DNA of 64,000 nucleotides from positions 8,184,001-8,248,000 of the forward strand of contig OX597824.1 of NCBI GenBank assembly GCA_951406725.2, read 5' to 3'. This DNA is from Octopus vulgaris. Its lineage: Eukaryota. A model generated the notes under the pieces. That model worked only from the letters and a program-made list of their open reading frames with translations, searched no databases and was not told the DNA's origin. Positions 1 through 13,914 of the stretch are shown here, piece by piece. Numbering within the stretch: position 1 is the first letter of the stretch; each line of letters opens with the position of its first letter. A program made the position numbers and the translations under genes.

Positions 1-14
1 AAATTAGTGATTCA

Positions 15-281
15 TGTCTTTTTTGCCAAACCACGAAGTTAAAGGAATGTAAACACACCAACATCGGATGTCAAGTGATGGGGAGGGACAAACACAGACA
101 CACACACATATCCATATACAGGACAGGTTTCTTTCAGTTTCCGTCTACCAAACCTACTCACAAAGCCTTGGTTGGCCCGAGGCTATGGTAGAAGACATTT
201 GCCCAAGGTGCAACACAGTGGGACTGAACCCGGAACCATGTGGTTGGTAAGCAAGCTTCTTACCACACAGCCATGCCTGCG
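15..281 (-). mobile_element. SINE family A (tRNA-derived, Octopus OR-like), partial
   Basis: Reverse complement of GGCTGTGTGGTAAG...GGTTCCGGGTTCAGTCCCACTG...CCTTGGGCAA..TCTTCTAC; matches many copies in the window. Confidence 0.85.
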
Positions 282-790
282 GCTTATCTTTTTCTTTTTT
301 TGACACTATAGGATGTCGAACCTGCCACAGATCCCAATAAATATTTTTCCAACTATGTATTAAAATGAAAGGACACCAGAATACACAGAAATTCCCTTCC
401 TTAGTCACAATAAATTTAAAGACTCAAATATTAACGATTTCATAATCACAGAAACAAATGTTTAAATTATTAATTATAACTTGAAACCAGTAATTCTGGT
501 GAATAGCTCAAAATACTTGAATACCTTTAAGTAGGAAAGCTTAATTAGCTGTTTGGAATATCTTTAAGTAGCAAACCTTAATCAGTTGTTGGAAATATGT
601 CTTCCCTCAAGGAAAACCTATTTCAATCACTCAGATTCATTGTAATCATCATCATCACCATCATCATTATCAATAACTTAAAATCGTTTCCCAAGATAAT
701 ATTTGAAAGGTTTTAATCAACTTTTGCAAAAGTAAGCTACAGACTCACTGACTGAAAATTCGGAAGGATAAGGAACACAGAAGTTAGACA

Positions 791-1016
791 CCCTTTTAAT
801 ACCAACCAAACACAAGACCAGTTCTTAGTCTGTGATTCAAACTTCCTGCTTTAAAACTATCAAAATTAAAAACTTCCATCAGAGTTTCATTTTAAAATAA
901 GTGCCAACATCAGATTGATAATGACAAAATTAATTTACTAAATTCCTTATTATTTTCAAAATTAATTCCAACAAAAGCAGGATTTTTCAACAGAAATACA
1001 CCAAAAAAAGGGTTAA
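791..1016. mobile_element. Older piggyBac-type MITE (family C), sharing its terminal TTAA with the next MITE
   Basis: CCCTTTTAATACCAAC...AAAGGG|TTAA; diverged version of 1013-1240. Confidence 0.6.
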
Positions 1017-1240
1017 CCCTTTCATTACCAACCTGGCTGAAACCGGCTCTGACTCTGAGTATGAATGTCTTGTTTTCATAAGTTTTGAATTAAAATCTTC
1101 CACCAAACCTTAGTCACAATTTATGTTCCTAACACTGGCTTAATGATAACCACGTTATTTTACTAAATTCTTTGTTATATTTAAAGTAATTGAAAGAAAC
1201 ACAGAGCATCTCAAAATATATTCAGTAACGAAAGGGTTAA
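1013..1240. mobile_element. piggyBac-type MITE family C
   Basis: TTAA|CCCTTTCATTAC...GTAACGAAAGGG|TTAA: terminal inverted repeats with TTAA target duplication. Confidence 0.85.
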
Positions 1241-1911
1241 GCTGCCACTGAGTTATTTGCTATTTTCCATTCAGATGAAAATAAATATTTATTTCATAAC
1301 TTAAATGGTTAAAGTGAGAAACAGACTCAAATTTTAAAATTTGACCTTCGATAAATTATCATTGAATATTTTCATTTAAAACTAAGCTCAAGTTTCATAC
1401 AACCGTCATCTGTGTTGCAGAAACATTGACTTCCATGTAGCATCAAGTCAATGGGAAAATAGGATTCACTTAATGGAACTCCCTTGTTACACTGAAATTT
1501 CCAGGAGTACAAGGAAAATGGAATCAATGCAAAAGTACATTCTGCATTATGGAACTCCTTGTTGTGGAAATAGTTCTAGGAACACATCACAGGGTGTGCT
1601 TACATCAGGTCATATAAGAAACCAGGACACAAGGTTCTGAGAGGAGTCAAAAAAATTAGCTTTGTTTCAAAATATACCAATCCTTCACATCGCAGAGGAG
1701 AGATCAGCACTAGAAAGGGCCTTAAAGTGAAAAAAAGCTGTTGCCTACTAACAATATTATTGTGTGGGAGGATCTGGCCTTGCTAAAACAAACAGCCACT
1801 ATACCTCCCACTTTCCATTTATTTCTTTTGATACCAACCCATGAGACCATCCTTGGTTCTATGAAGAACTTAGTAAAGTAACTGTCATTAAGTAGATGTG
1901 TGCAGTGTAGA

Positions 1912-2140
1912 TTAACCCTTTTGTTACCATATTTCTGTTGAGATGCTCTGGGTTTCTTTCAATTAATTTTAAATATAACAAATAATTTGGTGAAATAACT
2001 TGGTTATCATTAAGTTTGTGTTAGGAACATAAATTGTGACTAAGGTTTGGTGGAAGATTTTAATCCAAAACTTATGAAAACAAGACATTTGTACTCAGAG
2101 CCAAAAGCAGTTTCAGCCGGGTTGCTAATGAAAAGATTGA
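1912..2140. mobile_element. piggyBac-type MITE family C (opposite orientation), among older MITE remnants
   Basis: TTAACCCTTTTGTTACC start; reverse-complement match to 1013-1240. Confidence 0.8.
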
Positions 2141-4198
2141 CGTGAAATTTTGATGGAAAGTTTTAATTTTGATTACTTCAAAAGAGGAAAATTGTACTGC
2201 AGAATCAGGGATGGTCTAAGGCCAGTTGATACCAAAGGGGTCAAAATGAACCAAATTAATCTTTCAAATTCCATGTTAATTTATGTTCCTAACACCAGTA
2301 CAATATTGACATGAAATTCTTCAATATTTCCAAAATTAATTGAAAAACATGTGAGTAAGGGAGAGGGGTTGGATACCATCTCAACAATTCATCCAATCCA
2401 ACTTGGTGGTCACAGCAAGAATTCAATTTCTAAATGAATATGCTTACAGAAACAAAATATGATATACAGGACTGTTTCCGTTTTTTTTTCTTTTTTCCCT
2501 AAATAACATCTAATTAACATGGTTTACAAATAGAGATGTTGAAAACCATGACAATTCAGCTCTTCTAGACGATGGGGTTTCAAGAAGCACTTTCAGAAAT
2601 GTTATTCAGCTATTTAGTGCAGGTTATTCCAAGTAGACATTCCTAACCGATGATGACGGAAAACTATAAATAGCCATTTCTTGTACTGCAAAGAGTTAAT
2701 TTTGCAACACAGCAATAAGAAAATATAACTGGATGGAGGTGGGGGGGGGTAATAAAAGAAAGAAAAAAAGAACATTAAAATGTAAAAAGAAAACTGGAGG
2801 AATCTCAGTTACTTGAAGGAAATTCAAAGTTCGTATTTTGAAGTCCTTTATTGTGCCATGGTGTCATTTAATGGTAATGTCCCAGAAAACAGTAATTTTA
2901 CTGGGGCAACATCTTCGTCCTACAGCACTTTACCCTTATCCTTAAACATGGAAGATTACAAAAAAAAAAAGAAAAATCTTTGCTTTCCAATGGCTCCCAA
3001 TAGACAAAATTAAACAGTTGAAGCCAAGTTATATTTTTAATGAAGCCGAATTAGAATTTAATAACAAATTCAATTTCATTAACTCATTATGAATAAATTT
3101 ATGCTATAACTCGAAACACATTTCCGTTAAAGATTCTTCTAAAATACAAACCATATGTCTACCAAAGATTCAACAACAAGAGTGACACTAAATCATTCTG
3201 CTTTGCCCGACACTGATATGTCCTGCATTACAATGACGTATTTTGTTGTCTGCGTGACTGGCCCGAATGGCGTACCTCGCCGGCTGGTGCCACTCGTGTT
3301 TGGCCACTATTTGTAGTGGAACAGCCAGCTTCTGTCACTCAGGGTATCATCGTCGTCGTCGTTTTAACGTGCACGTTTCCATGCTGAAATGAGTCGGACA
3401 GAACTTTTGTGAAGGCAGATTTTTCTACAGCAGGATGCCCTTCCTGTTGTCAACCCTCACTCATTTCCAAGCAAGGTAAGACTTCCCCACGACTAGACAT
3501 GTCTTGCAAGATTGGCAACAAAGGACACCAGCTGCATGACAGTAACACTTGCAACTATTATGCAATGCCAAGGCAAGGCAGCAATAACACACACACACAC
3601 ACACACAATGGACTTCTTTCGGTTTCCATCTCGCAGATCTACTCACAAAGCTTCAATCAACTTGGGACTATAGTATAAGATACTTGAACAAGGTGATACA
3701 CAGCAGGACTGAACCTGAAACCCTTTGGTTGGAGAGCAACCATGCTGGCACCAATGAAAATACCGAACTGAATGCCGATTTTCTGCAGGCATGTGTATTC
3801 TTGAAAATCTTACCTTCGTTAAAGGGTCGTTTAGACAAATGAAATTCAAACAGTAGAAAGAAATGTAAAAATATAATCAGTATAGCCCCCAACCACATCT
3901 GTCTCCCTCCCACACTCTGAGCCATGCCTACAGGTATCTGCACTTATGGACATCCATACCAACGTCTAAAGATTCACAACTTTTCTCAGGAAAGCTATAC
4001 AAGTCACTTCCTATTGCCTTCAAACAGTTTGATAGTTTGCTTTCCACATCTCCTGAGCTTATTCCTAGACGTATAGGGGACTAGTTCATACAACATCAGG
4101 GCATATCCATGCACCCATGGTGCCTGCGTGACACATGTCTAAGGGCCAACTTTTCTCCATGGCCTTAGTCACTGCACCATCTTATGCTATGAGACCCT

Positions 4199-4420
4199 TA
4201 GGAAGTGCATGGCTTAATGGTTAGGGTGTTGGACACCTGAACATAAGATTGTTGTTTCAATTCATAAACCAGGGAGCACATTGTGTTCTTGAACAAGACA
4301 CTTCATTTCACATTACTCCAGTTCTCTCAGCCGAGTAATGAGTAATCTTGAACAGACTAACGTCTTGTTTAGCGGAAGATACATACACCACAGAAACTGG
4401 CACTAAGGAGCTATTGGACC
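4199..4420 (+). mobile_element. Degenerate tRNA-derived SINE with CORE-like body
   Basis: TGGCTTAATGGTTAGG A-box; TTGTGTTCTTGAACAAGACACTT body as in 50963-51300. Confidence 0.6.
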
Positions 4421-4539
4421 CTTAGCAAGTCCTTCCACCACAAACCAGAGCAAACCTGGGAGTATTGGTGACTTAGGGTAACTCTCTTTATCCCCCATCA
4501 CCAAAATTCTTGAGCTGGGGCCTCACCACTGGAAGCAGT

Positions 4540-4740
4540 TTAATCCTTTAGCATCCAGATTACAATCAAACGGGATGCTTACTTATCCACATTGTTTTGA
4601 ATTAATCATGCATAATCTCCTCAAAGCTATGAGGTCTCAATGTTGTGAGTGTTGATTTTTAGAACAACACTGTAGGGCATGAGAGAGAGGCATAGAATAT
4701 TTGGGCCAGACATGGCCAGTTTAAAATGCTAATGAGCTAA
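4540..4740. mobile_element. piggyBac-type MITE family G, degenerate
   Basis: TTAATCCTTTAGCAT...AATGCTAATGAGCTAA; similar to 9907-10320 and 61204-61440. Confidence 0.6.
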
Positions 4741-5071
4741 TGCCTTGCTCAGAATATTATGTACAAACATTGGAGAAAGCAGATTAAAAATGTTACCAAG
4801 ATCCAGTAACATCTGTATGGCTTGCACTTAGAAATGTCTGGAAATATGAAATGTGAACCTGATAAGCTACGACTTCGAAAAATAGCTGTGAACAGAGGCT
4901 ATTTTCCCAAATCTTAGCTTATCAGATAAGGACAAATTAATAAAGAGATTTGTTTGAAAAGTATATTTCCCAGCTGACTGTTTAATGAACACAGACCAGA
5001 GGTTTTAATTACACACCATATCAGACATCTACGTGGGCTGCAAAGCAAGCTCCTTAACTGCAGAGTCTTTA

Positions 5072-5102
<31 letters not shown>

Positions 5103-5286
5103 CAGTTCAGAACATAACGAGTGGATAATTAAATCATTGGGCAATTTGTCCAAGAACAGGAGTTTTAGCCAGACTTCATAAGATCACTTAACTGAGAAAA
5201 CGACCAACACAACATCATTACTTATCACTGACAGCCACCATTCATTTAATTTTCCAAAATAATCTTCCATGTTAGACATATTCAAA

Positions 5287-5674
5287 TCTCTCTACATAAA
5301 GCTGAAGTCATCTGCGTGTGGCAGGTTTGGTAGCCTTCAACTAACACTATCTCCTCCGAGACCCTGCGGCACCAAAATTGAGAGTATGATAGAAGGAGGC
5401 TTGCTCTTCCTTCCTTAGAAGAAAAAATTCAAATCGTACTATGTTAACACCAAAAATTATTTACATCAAAAAGGTACTTATTTTCTATGAAAATCCCTAT
5501 TTTTTACGATTTTTTTACTGCTGTGTCGCCATTTTTCGGTGTATTTCAACCAGAAAAATGTTCACTTAAAGAGAAGAACAAGCTACACAATGCAAAATTT
5601 TTACTTTTCAAAAATTCAAATTCTAAAGGGTCGAAAAGAAAACAAGCCCGAGCAATGCCGGGCTATACTGCTAG
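5287..5674 (+). mobile_element. Non-autonomous Helitron
   Basis: 5' TC, subterminal hairpin CCCGAGCAATGCCGGG, 3' CTAG, inserted between A and T; four copies in the window. Confidence 0.85.
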
Positions 5675-5904
5675 TTTATTTTAGCACTGAAACCGATTGG
5701 AAGGTATCTTCCAAAACGATCCTTTGCTCTGCCCGGGGGGTGGGGGGGAATGACCTGTTTACTTGAGTGAGGTGTTTTTTGTCATTTTTAATGCTTGTAC
5801 AACTTTCAACATCAGAAATATTTTATTAACCAAACCTAAGCACTCCAAAAAGTTTGTCCTAATCATGCATGCTTGATTACAGAGTTTTAGTTGGCCTTTG
5901 TTCC

Positions 5905-6210
5905 ATATCATCATCATCATCATTTAACGTCCGTTTTCCATGCTAGCATGGGTTGGACGGTTCGACAGGGGTCTGGGAAGCCAGGAGGCTGCACCAGGCT
6001 CCAGTCTGATTTGGCATGGTTTCTACAGTTGGATGCCCTTCCTAACGCCAACCACTCCATGAGTGTAGTGGGTGCTTTTTACGTGCCAGGGGAGGCTGGC
6101 AGCGGCCACGATCAGTTGGTGCTTTTTATGTGCCACAGACGCGGAAGCCAGTCAAGGTAGTGCTAGCATCAGCCACATTCAGATGGTACTTTTTACGTGC
6201 CACCGGCTTG
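5905..6210 (-). mobile_element. SINE-like family B with (GAT)n tail
   Basis: Plus strand reads CATCAT..TTTAACGTCCGTTTTCCATGCTAGCATGGGTTGGACGG...GGATGCCCTTCCTAACGCCAACC; more than 12 copies. Confidence 0.8.
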
Positions 6211-6749
6211 GGTATCACAACTACAATTTCCATTTGATTTTTATTTTGATGTAATTGACTACAATTATATATGTCTCCTTTTACAGAAACAAAAGGGTTT
6301 ATAGGACTGCAAAACAAGTGTTCAAATATAAGTGAGATGAAGATAAGGTGTTGGCGTAGTATGTCATCTACAGCAACTTACATCTAGACTACCTTGTGAT
6401 CTACATTCAAAATTTTGTTGTAGACATTGGAATGGATGTAATATCTATTTGGATCCTAACGTGCCGGCCAGCTTTCTTTTCATTAAGTCCCCAAGTTACT
6501 ATAGTATTTGAAAAATAATTTGGGAAATGTTTATCGTATGTCATGGATACCAGAAACAGGCAATACCATTTTTCCTGTCCTGATACACAGGATAAACAAA
6601 GAGTGAAAGAATTACAAAAACAAAAAAAAAAATTTATATAACTTTTAACATATTACAGCTCAGAGGACTACATTTTAGAAGTTAAGAATCAGGCATTAAA
6701 TTATGTAAAATATATAAATCACAAATGATTTAAGCAGATTTTACATTTA

Positions 6750-6797
<48 letters not shown>

Positions 6798-7665
6798 CCT
6801 CCAAACCTGTTCAACAAATGATAGTATTTAGAAGTAAAAACCAATAAAATAAAACGGAAATTGAGAGCATATCTCTTGCAAACAGTTACCATGAAGCCAG
6901 CCTCCAGAAAGAATATCATTAATAATTTTCAATGTAATTAATAAGTTTCATAAAGCAAATGAAGTTTTTATCTAAATCTTATGAAAATTCTAATTAGAAT
7001 TAGACCAGATTCTTGTAATAATTTTTAAGCAATTTTATTTGAAAAGAACAAATAAATGTGAATAATGATTTGAATATGACAAGTTTTGACAATGGCTAAC
7101 TTGGAATAAATATGCAGAATTTGCAGAGCAACTTGACAATTAATGTCAGAAATATTGTGTTAATTTAGTCAGAATAAAATAAATTAACAGCAAATAAAAC
7201 TGGCAATAAAAAACACGAGAAATGCATGTGTGTCTATATGTGTATATACACACATCGTAAAAATCTTAAAACAACCCGTTAATACAATAAATAAGAGTCT
7301 TGCCAAATAAAATGCATATACAAACAAAAATATCAACAAAAGTTGAAGGTTAATAAGAAACGGAAACGGATCAATATCAACATTGAACTTTAGTATTGAT
7401 TATGAAACTTCAAAATATGGATGAATGGAAATTATTTATTATTGAAACAGTTGCCAGGGAAAAAAGCTTTGTAGAAAACAAAGGTGAAGAAAATGTCCAC
7501 CACACTAGAAATCTTGAATATGGCATTAAAAGAAGTAATAACAATTAGCTAACGATCATGTTTAAGATCACTGATGTTTATTTAATCAGGCTTAAAACTG
7601 AACAAAACTCACTGTGTAAATAAATGCCACAGAGGTGACAATTTTCACTGTAAGACCTACAGCCA

Positions 7666-8110
7666 TTAACCCTTTTGTTACCATATTTTTGTTGAGATGT
7701 TCTGTGTTTCTTTCAATTAATTCCAAATATAACAAAGAATTTAGTAAAATAACTTAGATATTTATTTCTTTATTGCCCACAAGGGGCTAAACACAGAGAG
7801 GACAAACAAGGACAAACGGATTAAGTTGATTATATCGACCCCAGTGCGTAACGGGTACTTATTTAATCGACCCCGAAAGGATGAAAGCAAAGTCGACCTC
7901 GGCGGAATTTGAACTCAGAACGTAGCGGCAGACGAAATACCGCTAAGCATTAAGCCCGGCTTGCTAACGTTTCTGCCGTTAAGCTAATGTTAAGAGCATA
8001 AATTGTGACCAAGGTTTGGTGATAGATTTTAATTCAGAACTTTTGAAAACAAAACATTTGTACTACTGGACCAGAAGCAGTTTCAGGTGGGTTGGTATCA
8101 AAAGGGTTAA
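7666..8110. mobile_element. piggyBac-type MITE family C interrupted by a family D SINE
   Basis: TTAACCCTTTTG...AAAGGGTTAA; the two halves are separated by 7759-7979. Confidence 0.8.
7759..7979 (-). mobile_element. SINE family D (tRNA-like head, Meta-domain-like core)
   Basis: Minus strand GAGTTCAAATTCC B-box, then CTTTCATCCTTTCGGGGTCGATTAAATAAGTACC. Confidence 0.8.
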
Positions 8111-9041
8111 AACTGTAAGGATTCGATTTTTCTCTAAAATCATTTAACAACTTTAATAACAAATAAACGACAATTTAAAACCTTCCTCCCTGTGTTTTTG
8201 TTGTTGCATTCAAGTTTATAAGATAGAAATGCAATTTCTCTACATATATACATGGAGAATTATAATGTTCATGTTTTTCTAACATTTTATTACAAATAAA
8301 TATAATCCATGTGTGCCATTATTTATCCCATGAATTGTCTTTGTACTAAAATAAAAAAAAAAAAAAAAGAACAAAAAAATCAAATAAGCTTAAGCGAATT
8401 TCTTCTCACTAAATTTCTCCAAATCTACAAAAGTTACATTCTCTCACAAGACAATATTAAATTGTAAATAACTGCTAATGGACAATTCTGGTTTGAATAC
8501 AAAAGACAATCTATGTTTTCATGTCAATAAAGATAGTTTACTTGTGGAAGTTTTTTTTTTTTTTATTGGTTTTTTTATAACTAAAATTTCCAAAATAAAA
8601 ACGAGGAACATCGTTGAAGTAAAATAAATTCCTCACCCAACACCCCCACCCCACCCCACCAACCCTTTAAAAAAAAAATCAATTTTAAAACATTTAGATC
8701 ACTTTAGAAACATTGATAGTATTTAATCTAACTACAAATGCCAGATATATAAAGACTAACAATTAAAAATCAAGTTACAATTTAACGACTGACATTAAAC
8801 AAAAAAATAATAATAATAATAATAATAAATGATAATAATAAAATAAAGTAAAAGCGGCACATCGATGATAATTGTTCCTAGATAGCATGGCAGAGAGAGA
8901 GATAGAGGTAATAAAGAAAGAAAGACAGAGAAATGAGGCCAAAAAAGAAAAAATTAAACAAAAAAACAACAACGGAGAATAAAATTTAATAAATAGCACT
9001 CTTTTTTGCAGATCACATTTGGCATCTAAGACTCCACTTAC

Positions 9042-9100
9042 ATGCTAATTTCTGGCTCAGGAGACAAAGAAAACTCAGGGGATGGAGAGGGTTCAGACAT
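9042..9100 (-). CDS. Candidate first coding exon MSEPSPSPEFSLSPEPEIS (phase 2)
   Basis: ATG at 9100, open for 59 nt to AT|GTAAGT; non-repetitive context; in-frame upstream ATG at 9145. Confidence 0.45.
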
Positions 9101-9906
9101 TTTACAGTCAATTAACGGATGAATGTACAAAGGGAATACTGCCATAATAAATGGCAACAAACATAGACCCCTCGCATCTACATGTAATTGTTTGTTGGGT
9201 TTTTTGGTAAAGAAAAATGGTAAGAAATCAATAAGTATTTTGAGAAATGCCAGCAATACGCTGGTAATCTGACGAAATATTCAAAAGATGAAAGTTTTTT
9301 GCTTTCCTTAAATCTTTTGGGAACTTCAGGTTTCATTCTATGTCTTCTTGCCGAATCTTTCAGGAAATGTCAGAATACAAATGGTAAGGCGTAAAACATA
9401 CATGCTAGCAAATGTATTTCAAAGTGAGATACTTTCAAAAATATCTTATGAAAGGTCATCACTTTGACCTTAGCCATTAATATCGGGGAGGGAGGGAAAA
9501 AAAATTGGGGGAGAAAAAATAAAATCTAGCAAATGGAACACAAAATGTAGAAAAGACGTTTAGGATAGGTTACTTACTGCATCCATAGAACATTTGGCAA
9601 AGTAGTAAAAGAGAAGAGAAGAAAAAAAAACAGCGGTAAATCAGTGAATAGTCAATTAGTTAATTAAGGGTGGAGCAAATAATTAGGTACAAAATATATA
9701 ATAGAGAAAATAAGAAATATTTACTCTGAAATAATAAAATGTGATATACATGGAAAGCAAGCTAACACACGAAAGAATTTGATCTTGTTCGGAAAATATA
9801 TGCATAAAATCAAACCTAGATGCAGAAAAATCCACATTAATTCCATGAAACAAAATACACATAAAATTCAAAATTGTATTCACGCTCACACAGAGGATAC
9901 CTTAAT

Positions 9907-10320
9907 TAACCCTTTAGCACTCCAATCAGCCATATCTGGCCCAAATATTCTAAATGTTATATGTCTGAACCAGCCAGATCCAGCCACTCAGGCCTACCCG
10001 GCAATGTCATTCTAAAAATAAACATCACCATCATCATCATTGTTGTTTAATGTCTGTTTTTCATGCTGGCATGAGTTGGACGGGTTCCAGTCTTCTGTTT
10101 TGGCAAGGACTCTACAGCTGGATGCCCTTCCTAATGCCAACCACTTTACAGAGTGTGCTGGGTGCATTTTATGTGCCACTGGCACAGATGCATTTACGTG
10201 ACACCAGCACCGGCATGTGGCACCACATCAAAATCTCAACGGTACAAGATAATGCAAGATTAATTCAAAACTTTGAATATATATTGCATTTGATGGAGTA
10301 ATCTGAATGCCAAGGGCTAA
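9907..10320. mobile_element. piggyBac-type MITE family G interrupted by a family B fragment (about 10024-10220)
   Basis: TTAACCCTTTAGCA...GAATGCCAAGGGCTAA. Confidence 0.7.
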
Positions 10321-10917
10321 ATTCCTCAAGACAAAATACATACATAATTCAGAATTCATATTCAAAATTTTCACACAAGAAAATTAAAATATACATAAAA
10401 TACAAAAAAACAAGCAGCCAAACACAAAAAGATATGAATTTAACAATAATTCAAATTTATGTCTTCAAATTTTAAGTTAGTGAATTGTTAAAGACCTCTG
10501 TCAGTTTTTCTAGAATTTGTTATCACCGTTTTCAAGATTCTGTGAAGAAAAACAAAAATTCATTTTTCCCTTTTACACACAGGAACAAGCACACACGTAC
10601 AGCCGAATAGCTACTCCTAGGCTGCAAAGAAGAACGACAACATTTGAGCTGAGAACCAAATGAAAATGGTTGAATTATCCTGTTCCGCAACAAAATGTCT
10701 CATTTTATGCAGTTACTTTATCTCAGCACGAAACCTGTCAGCTTTAAGTCTGAACCAACTTCTAAAAAAATAATAAATTCATAATGGACATTGTTGTGAA
10801 AGGATCCTGACCACCCCCCTCATGACTAAAAGTGGACTGGTGCATTTCAATAAAATAAAGAACCGTTGGAGTTGACAGCATCGATCGTTGGTATTGGATG
10901 TTAGTTTAATTATCATA

Positions 10918-11325
10918 CCTACGTTGCTAGGGGCACTAGGTCTGTTTGAAGACTGTTCTTACGTTACAAGGATGTTTGCAAAAGGGACATGAAGGCCTGC
11001 AACATCAATATTACCAACTGGGAAGCAGTTGCCAGCAACCATGGAGTTTGGTGACGTACCGTAACAGAGGGAACACAAAGGAGTGACATAGAGAGAGAGA
11101 GGAGAAATGGAAAGACAAGAAAAGATGTCAACAAGAAACTATGACATTACAACCAGCCAGGCAAAGTCTTCGCTACATTTGCGGCACCTGCCAGAGGGAG
11201 TGTTTGTCCAGGATAGGACTACACAGCCACTGCAGGAAATGTATTAGGACATGAAATGTAAAAGCCAGACTACATTATTTTATGCACAACTCCATTGTTT
11301 CCCGAGACAAAAAGGATGCCAACAA
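10918..11325 (+). mobile_element. RTE-clade LINE 3' fragment (decayed ORF C-terminus and tail)
   Basis: Translates as LRYKDVCKRDMKACNINITNWEAVAS...YICGTCQRECLSRIGLHSHCRKC, a typical RTE C-terminal zinc knuckle; contains stops and a frameshift. Confidence 0.85.
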
Positions 11326-11825
11326 CGTTTGGCATAGTACGGAGCATGTTCTGTGTGAACATATTAATTCTGCAAAAAAGTTTGTTCTAGATAACCATAT
11401 CCAAATATATATTAGGATAATGCCAATTCTCCACCTTTGTACACACCCCAACGTCGTCATAACATTATTAGCGATGAGATATTCAAACCCACAACATCAC
11501 AGCATCAGTGCCCCAAATCAAATTCTCCCAAACACATGAAAATATAGACACTTATATAAAAAAATTTAGAGAGTAACCACACTACAAGATAGACTAAAAA
11601 TCCTAAACCATTATCCTTTCTTGTTTGAAGCAAGTGAGATTCTTTCAAACCCAACCATTAGCTAAACAAAACAAGCAAAACAGTTGTTGAAGACAGCCAA
11701 CACCATTCATAATTTTATCCACAAGACATTCTACTGAGTGATAAAATATATTTCCTTAAGCTTAATTACACGACTGGATCTTGCTGACAAATTGGCAAGA
11801 AAATTATAACACTTTTGCGACTTTA

Positions 11826-12190
11826 TTTACATTATTTACATTGAACGGATACGGGTCCTCATCTTTGTTGTTACCACAACGTTTCGGCTGATGTACTCTC
11901 CAGCCTTCATCAGGTGTCCTGGTGGAATTTTGAACCCAACCCCGGGTACTCATTCCTAAGGTATTCAATTCCAGGCAGTGCCTTGAATAAATAATAATAA
12001 TAATAATTAATATCAACAAAAAAATAACTTCAGAATGAGAACCCAGAGTTGGGTCCAAAATTCTACCAGGACACCTGATGAAGGCTGGAGAGTAAACCAG
12101 CTGAAATGTTGTGGTAGCAACAAGATGGGGACACGGATCCATCCAATGTAGATAATGTACAGAACTCCTCAGCTCTAAAATATAGAACAG
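11826..12190. mobile_element. Family F Penelope-like element as an inverted pair, one hammerhead motif per arm
   Basis: 11826-11963 is the reverse complement of about 12025-12157; ACACCTGATGAAGGCTGG...GAAA on both strands. Confidence 0.75.
12069..12115 (+). ncRNA. Minimal type-I hammerhead motif (family F); mirror copy at 11873-11919 minus
   Basis: CAC-CUGAUGA-A-GGCUGG..CCAGCU-GAAA-UGUU-GUG. Confidence 0.55.
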
Positions 12191-12261
12191 TACTTTTGTT
12201 ACTATATTTCCGTTGAAATACTATCTCTTTACTTAATTTCAATAATAATCTTTTAGTTGTG

Positions 12262-12596
12262 GGACTGTGGCCATGCTGGGGCACCGCCTTAGAGAGTTTA
12301 GTTACACAAACCAATACCAGTACATTTTTTTCCTTTTCTTTTTAATGAGAAAATTACAAGAACATAAACAAACCAACAACTGTTATCAAGTGGTGGCAGG
12401 AGAAAAAAACAAATATATACATACGCACATAACAGGCTTCCATGCAGTTTCCATTTATCAAATTCACTTACAAGGCATTAGTTGACCAGGGGCTATAGTA
12501 CACAGCACTTGCCCAAGGTGCTGTGCAATGAGACTGAACCTGAAACCATGCCATTTGCAAGGTAAGTTTCTTGACCACACAGCCATACCTGCACCT
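12262..12596 (-). mobile_element. SINE family A, degenerate
   Basis: GGCCATGCTGGGGCACCGCC...CACTTGCCCAAGGTG...ACCACACAGCC. Confidence 0.75.
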
Positions 12597-13914
12597 AATA
12601 ATGACCGACATTTGGAAAACAAATTAACATGAAATTTTAACGAGAAAATTCTATTTAGATTGCTAACAAGTTTGTACTAGAGAGCCAGAGGTATGCCAAA
12701 CAGGTCAGTGTTGAAGGGGTTAAAGTTGAAATAATTACATATTTCATGGGCTAACAAACACCCAGTAGGTTGCCAAAGGTCAATACAAACTTGGTTGCCA
12801 AAGGTCAATACAAACTTGATAAAGGGGACAGATCTGATTTATCTAGTAATTTCAATGACTGCTCACACAATCTTCATTTATTCGTATTGCATTACTGAAT
12901 ACATTCACTGGACTGCAGTGATGACGGGTCATCACTTTCAGAGCTCTTAGTCAATCAGATCAATCAGATTGACCCCAGGACTAATTTCAGTCTAGCACTT
13001 TGTCTTATTGATCTTCAGTGTCCAACAAGGTTACATTTAGACAGAACAGACACCATGGTTTACACACACATACAGTAATGTCCCAACATGGCCACAGGCT
13101 CTGGTTGAAACAAGCACGCGTGTGCACATGCATATATGTATATATGTTCATCATCATTATCATTTTAACACCTATGTTTCCATGGGTCAGATGGTTGCTG
13201 TTGGGTTGTATTTTCTACAGCTGGATGTTCTCATCCTGCTGCCAATCCTTACCAGTTTCCCAGCAAGGAAATATTTCCTCATGGCCAGGCATGATTTTCA
13301 GAATATCAAAAATGGAACAACAACCACAAGCTGTCATGGCAAGGAAACACAAACACAGTCACATTTATACATGCATACACAATTGTGTGTGTGTGTGTGT
13401 GTGTGTGATTGGTTTTTATGTCCCACTCCACCCCTCCATGCAAGCATGGATAAGACTAACAGAAACTCAAATACCATTCTGGTCACCAATCATTGTTTTT
13501 CCATATTAGTTTCTGTTTATATTTCACTGATCTTCAAACCTCAATGCCGCTGAGCTACAAGGACACAATTATTCACAAGGGTTGCAAGCAAATATCACCC
13601 TCTGTTCAAGAAGTGCCCCATGTGAAAATACGTAGAGGTACGTGAACATTTGAGTGAACAAAGTGGGATGAGAGAAAAGAGGAAGGTCAAAGAAAGTGGG
13701 TGAAAGCTGATCTCAAGATGTGAACGATCAGTGAGACATGTGTTAGAGAAAATTCTTGCAACCCATACTAATTCTACAAAATGAGGCAGAGTGGCATGCA
13801 ATAAGCACCATCCATGTGTGGGTCGATGCCAGAGCTGCCTGACTGGCTCCTCGTGCCGGTGGCATGTAAAATGCACCATCCAAACATGGTTAATGCCAGT
13901 ACTTATTTCTTGCT

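Noticed and set aside
2812-2945. Minus-strand exon candidate ending TTCCTTCAA|GTAA, the same end as at 17525
   Set aside because: Stops in all frames from the candidate acceptors except a short phase-0 ORF; the shared 13-mer may be chance
12768-12817. 25-bp direct repeat GGTTGCCAAAGGTCAATACAAACTT, two copies
   Set aside because: Ordinary slippage duplication
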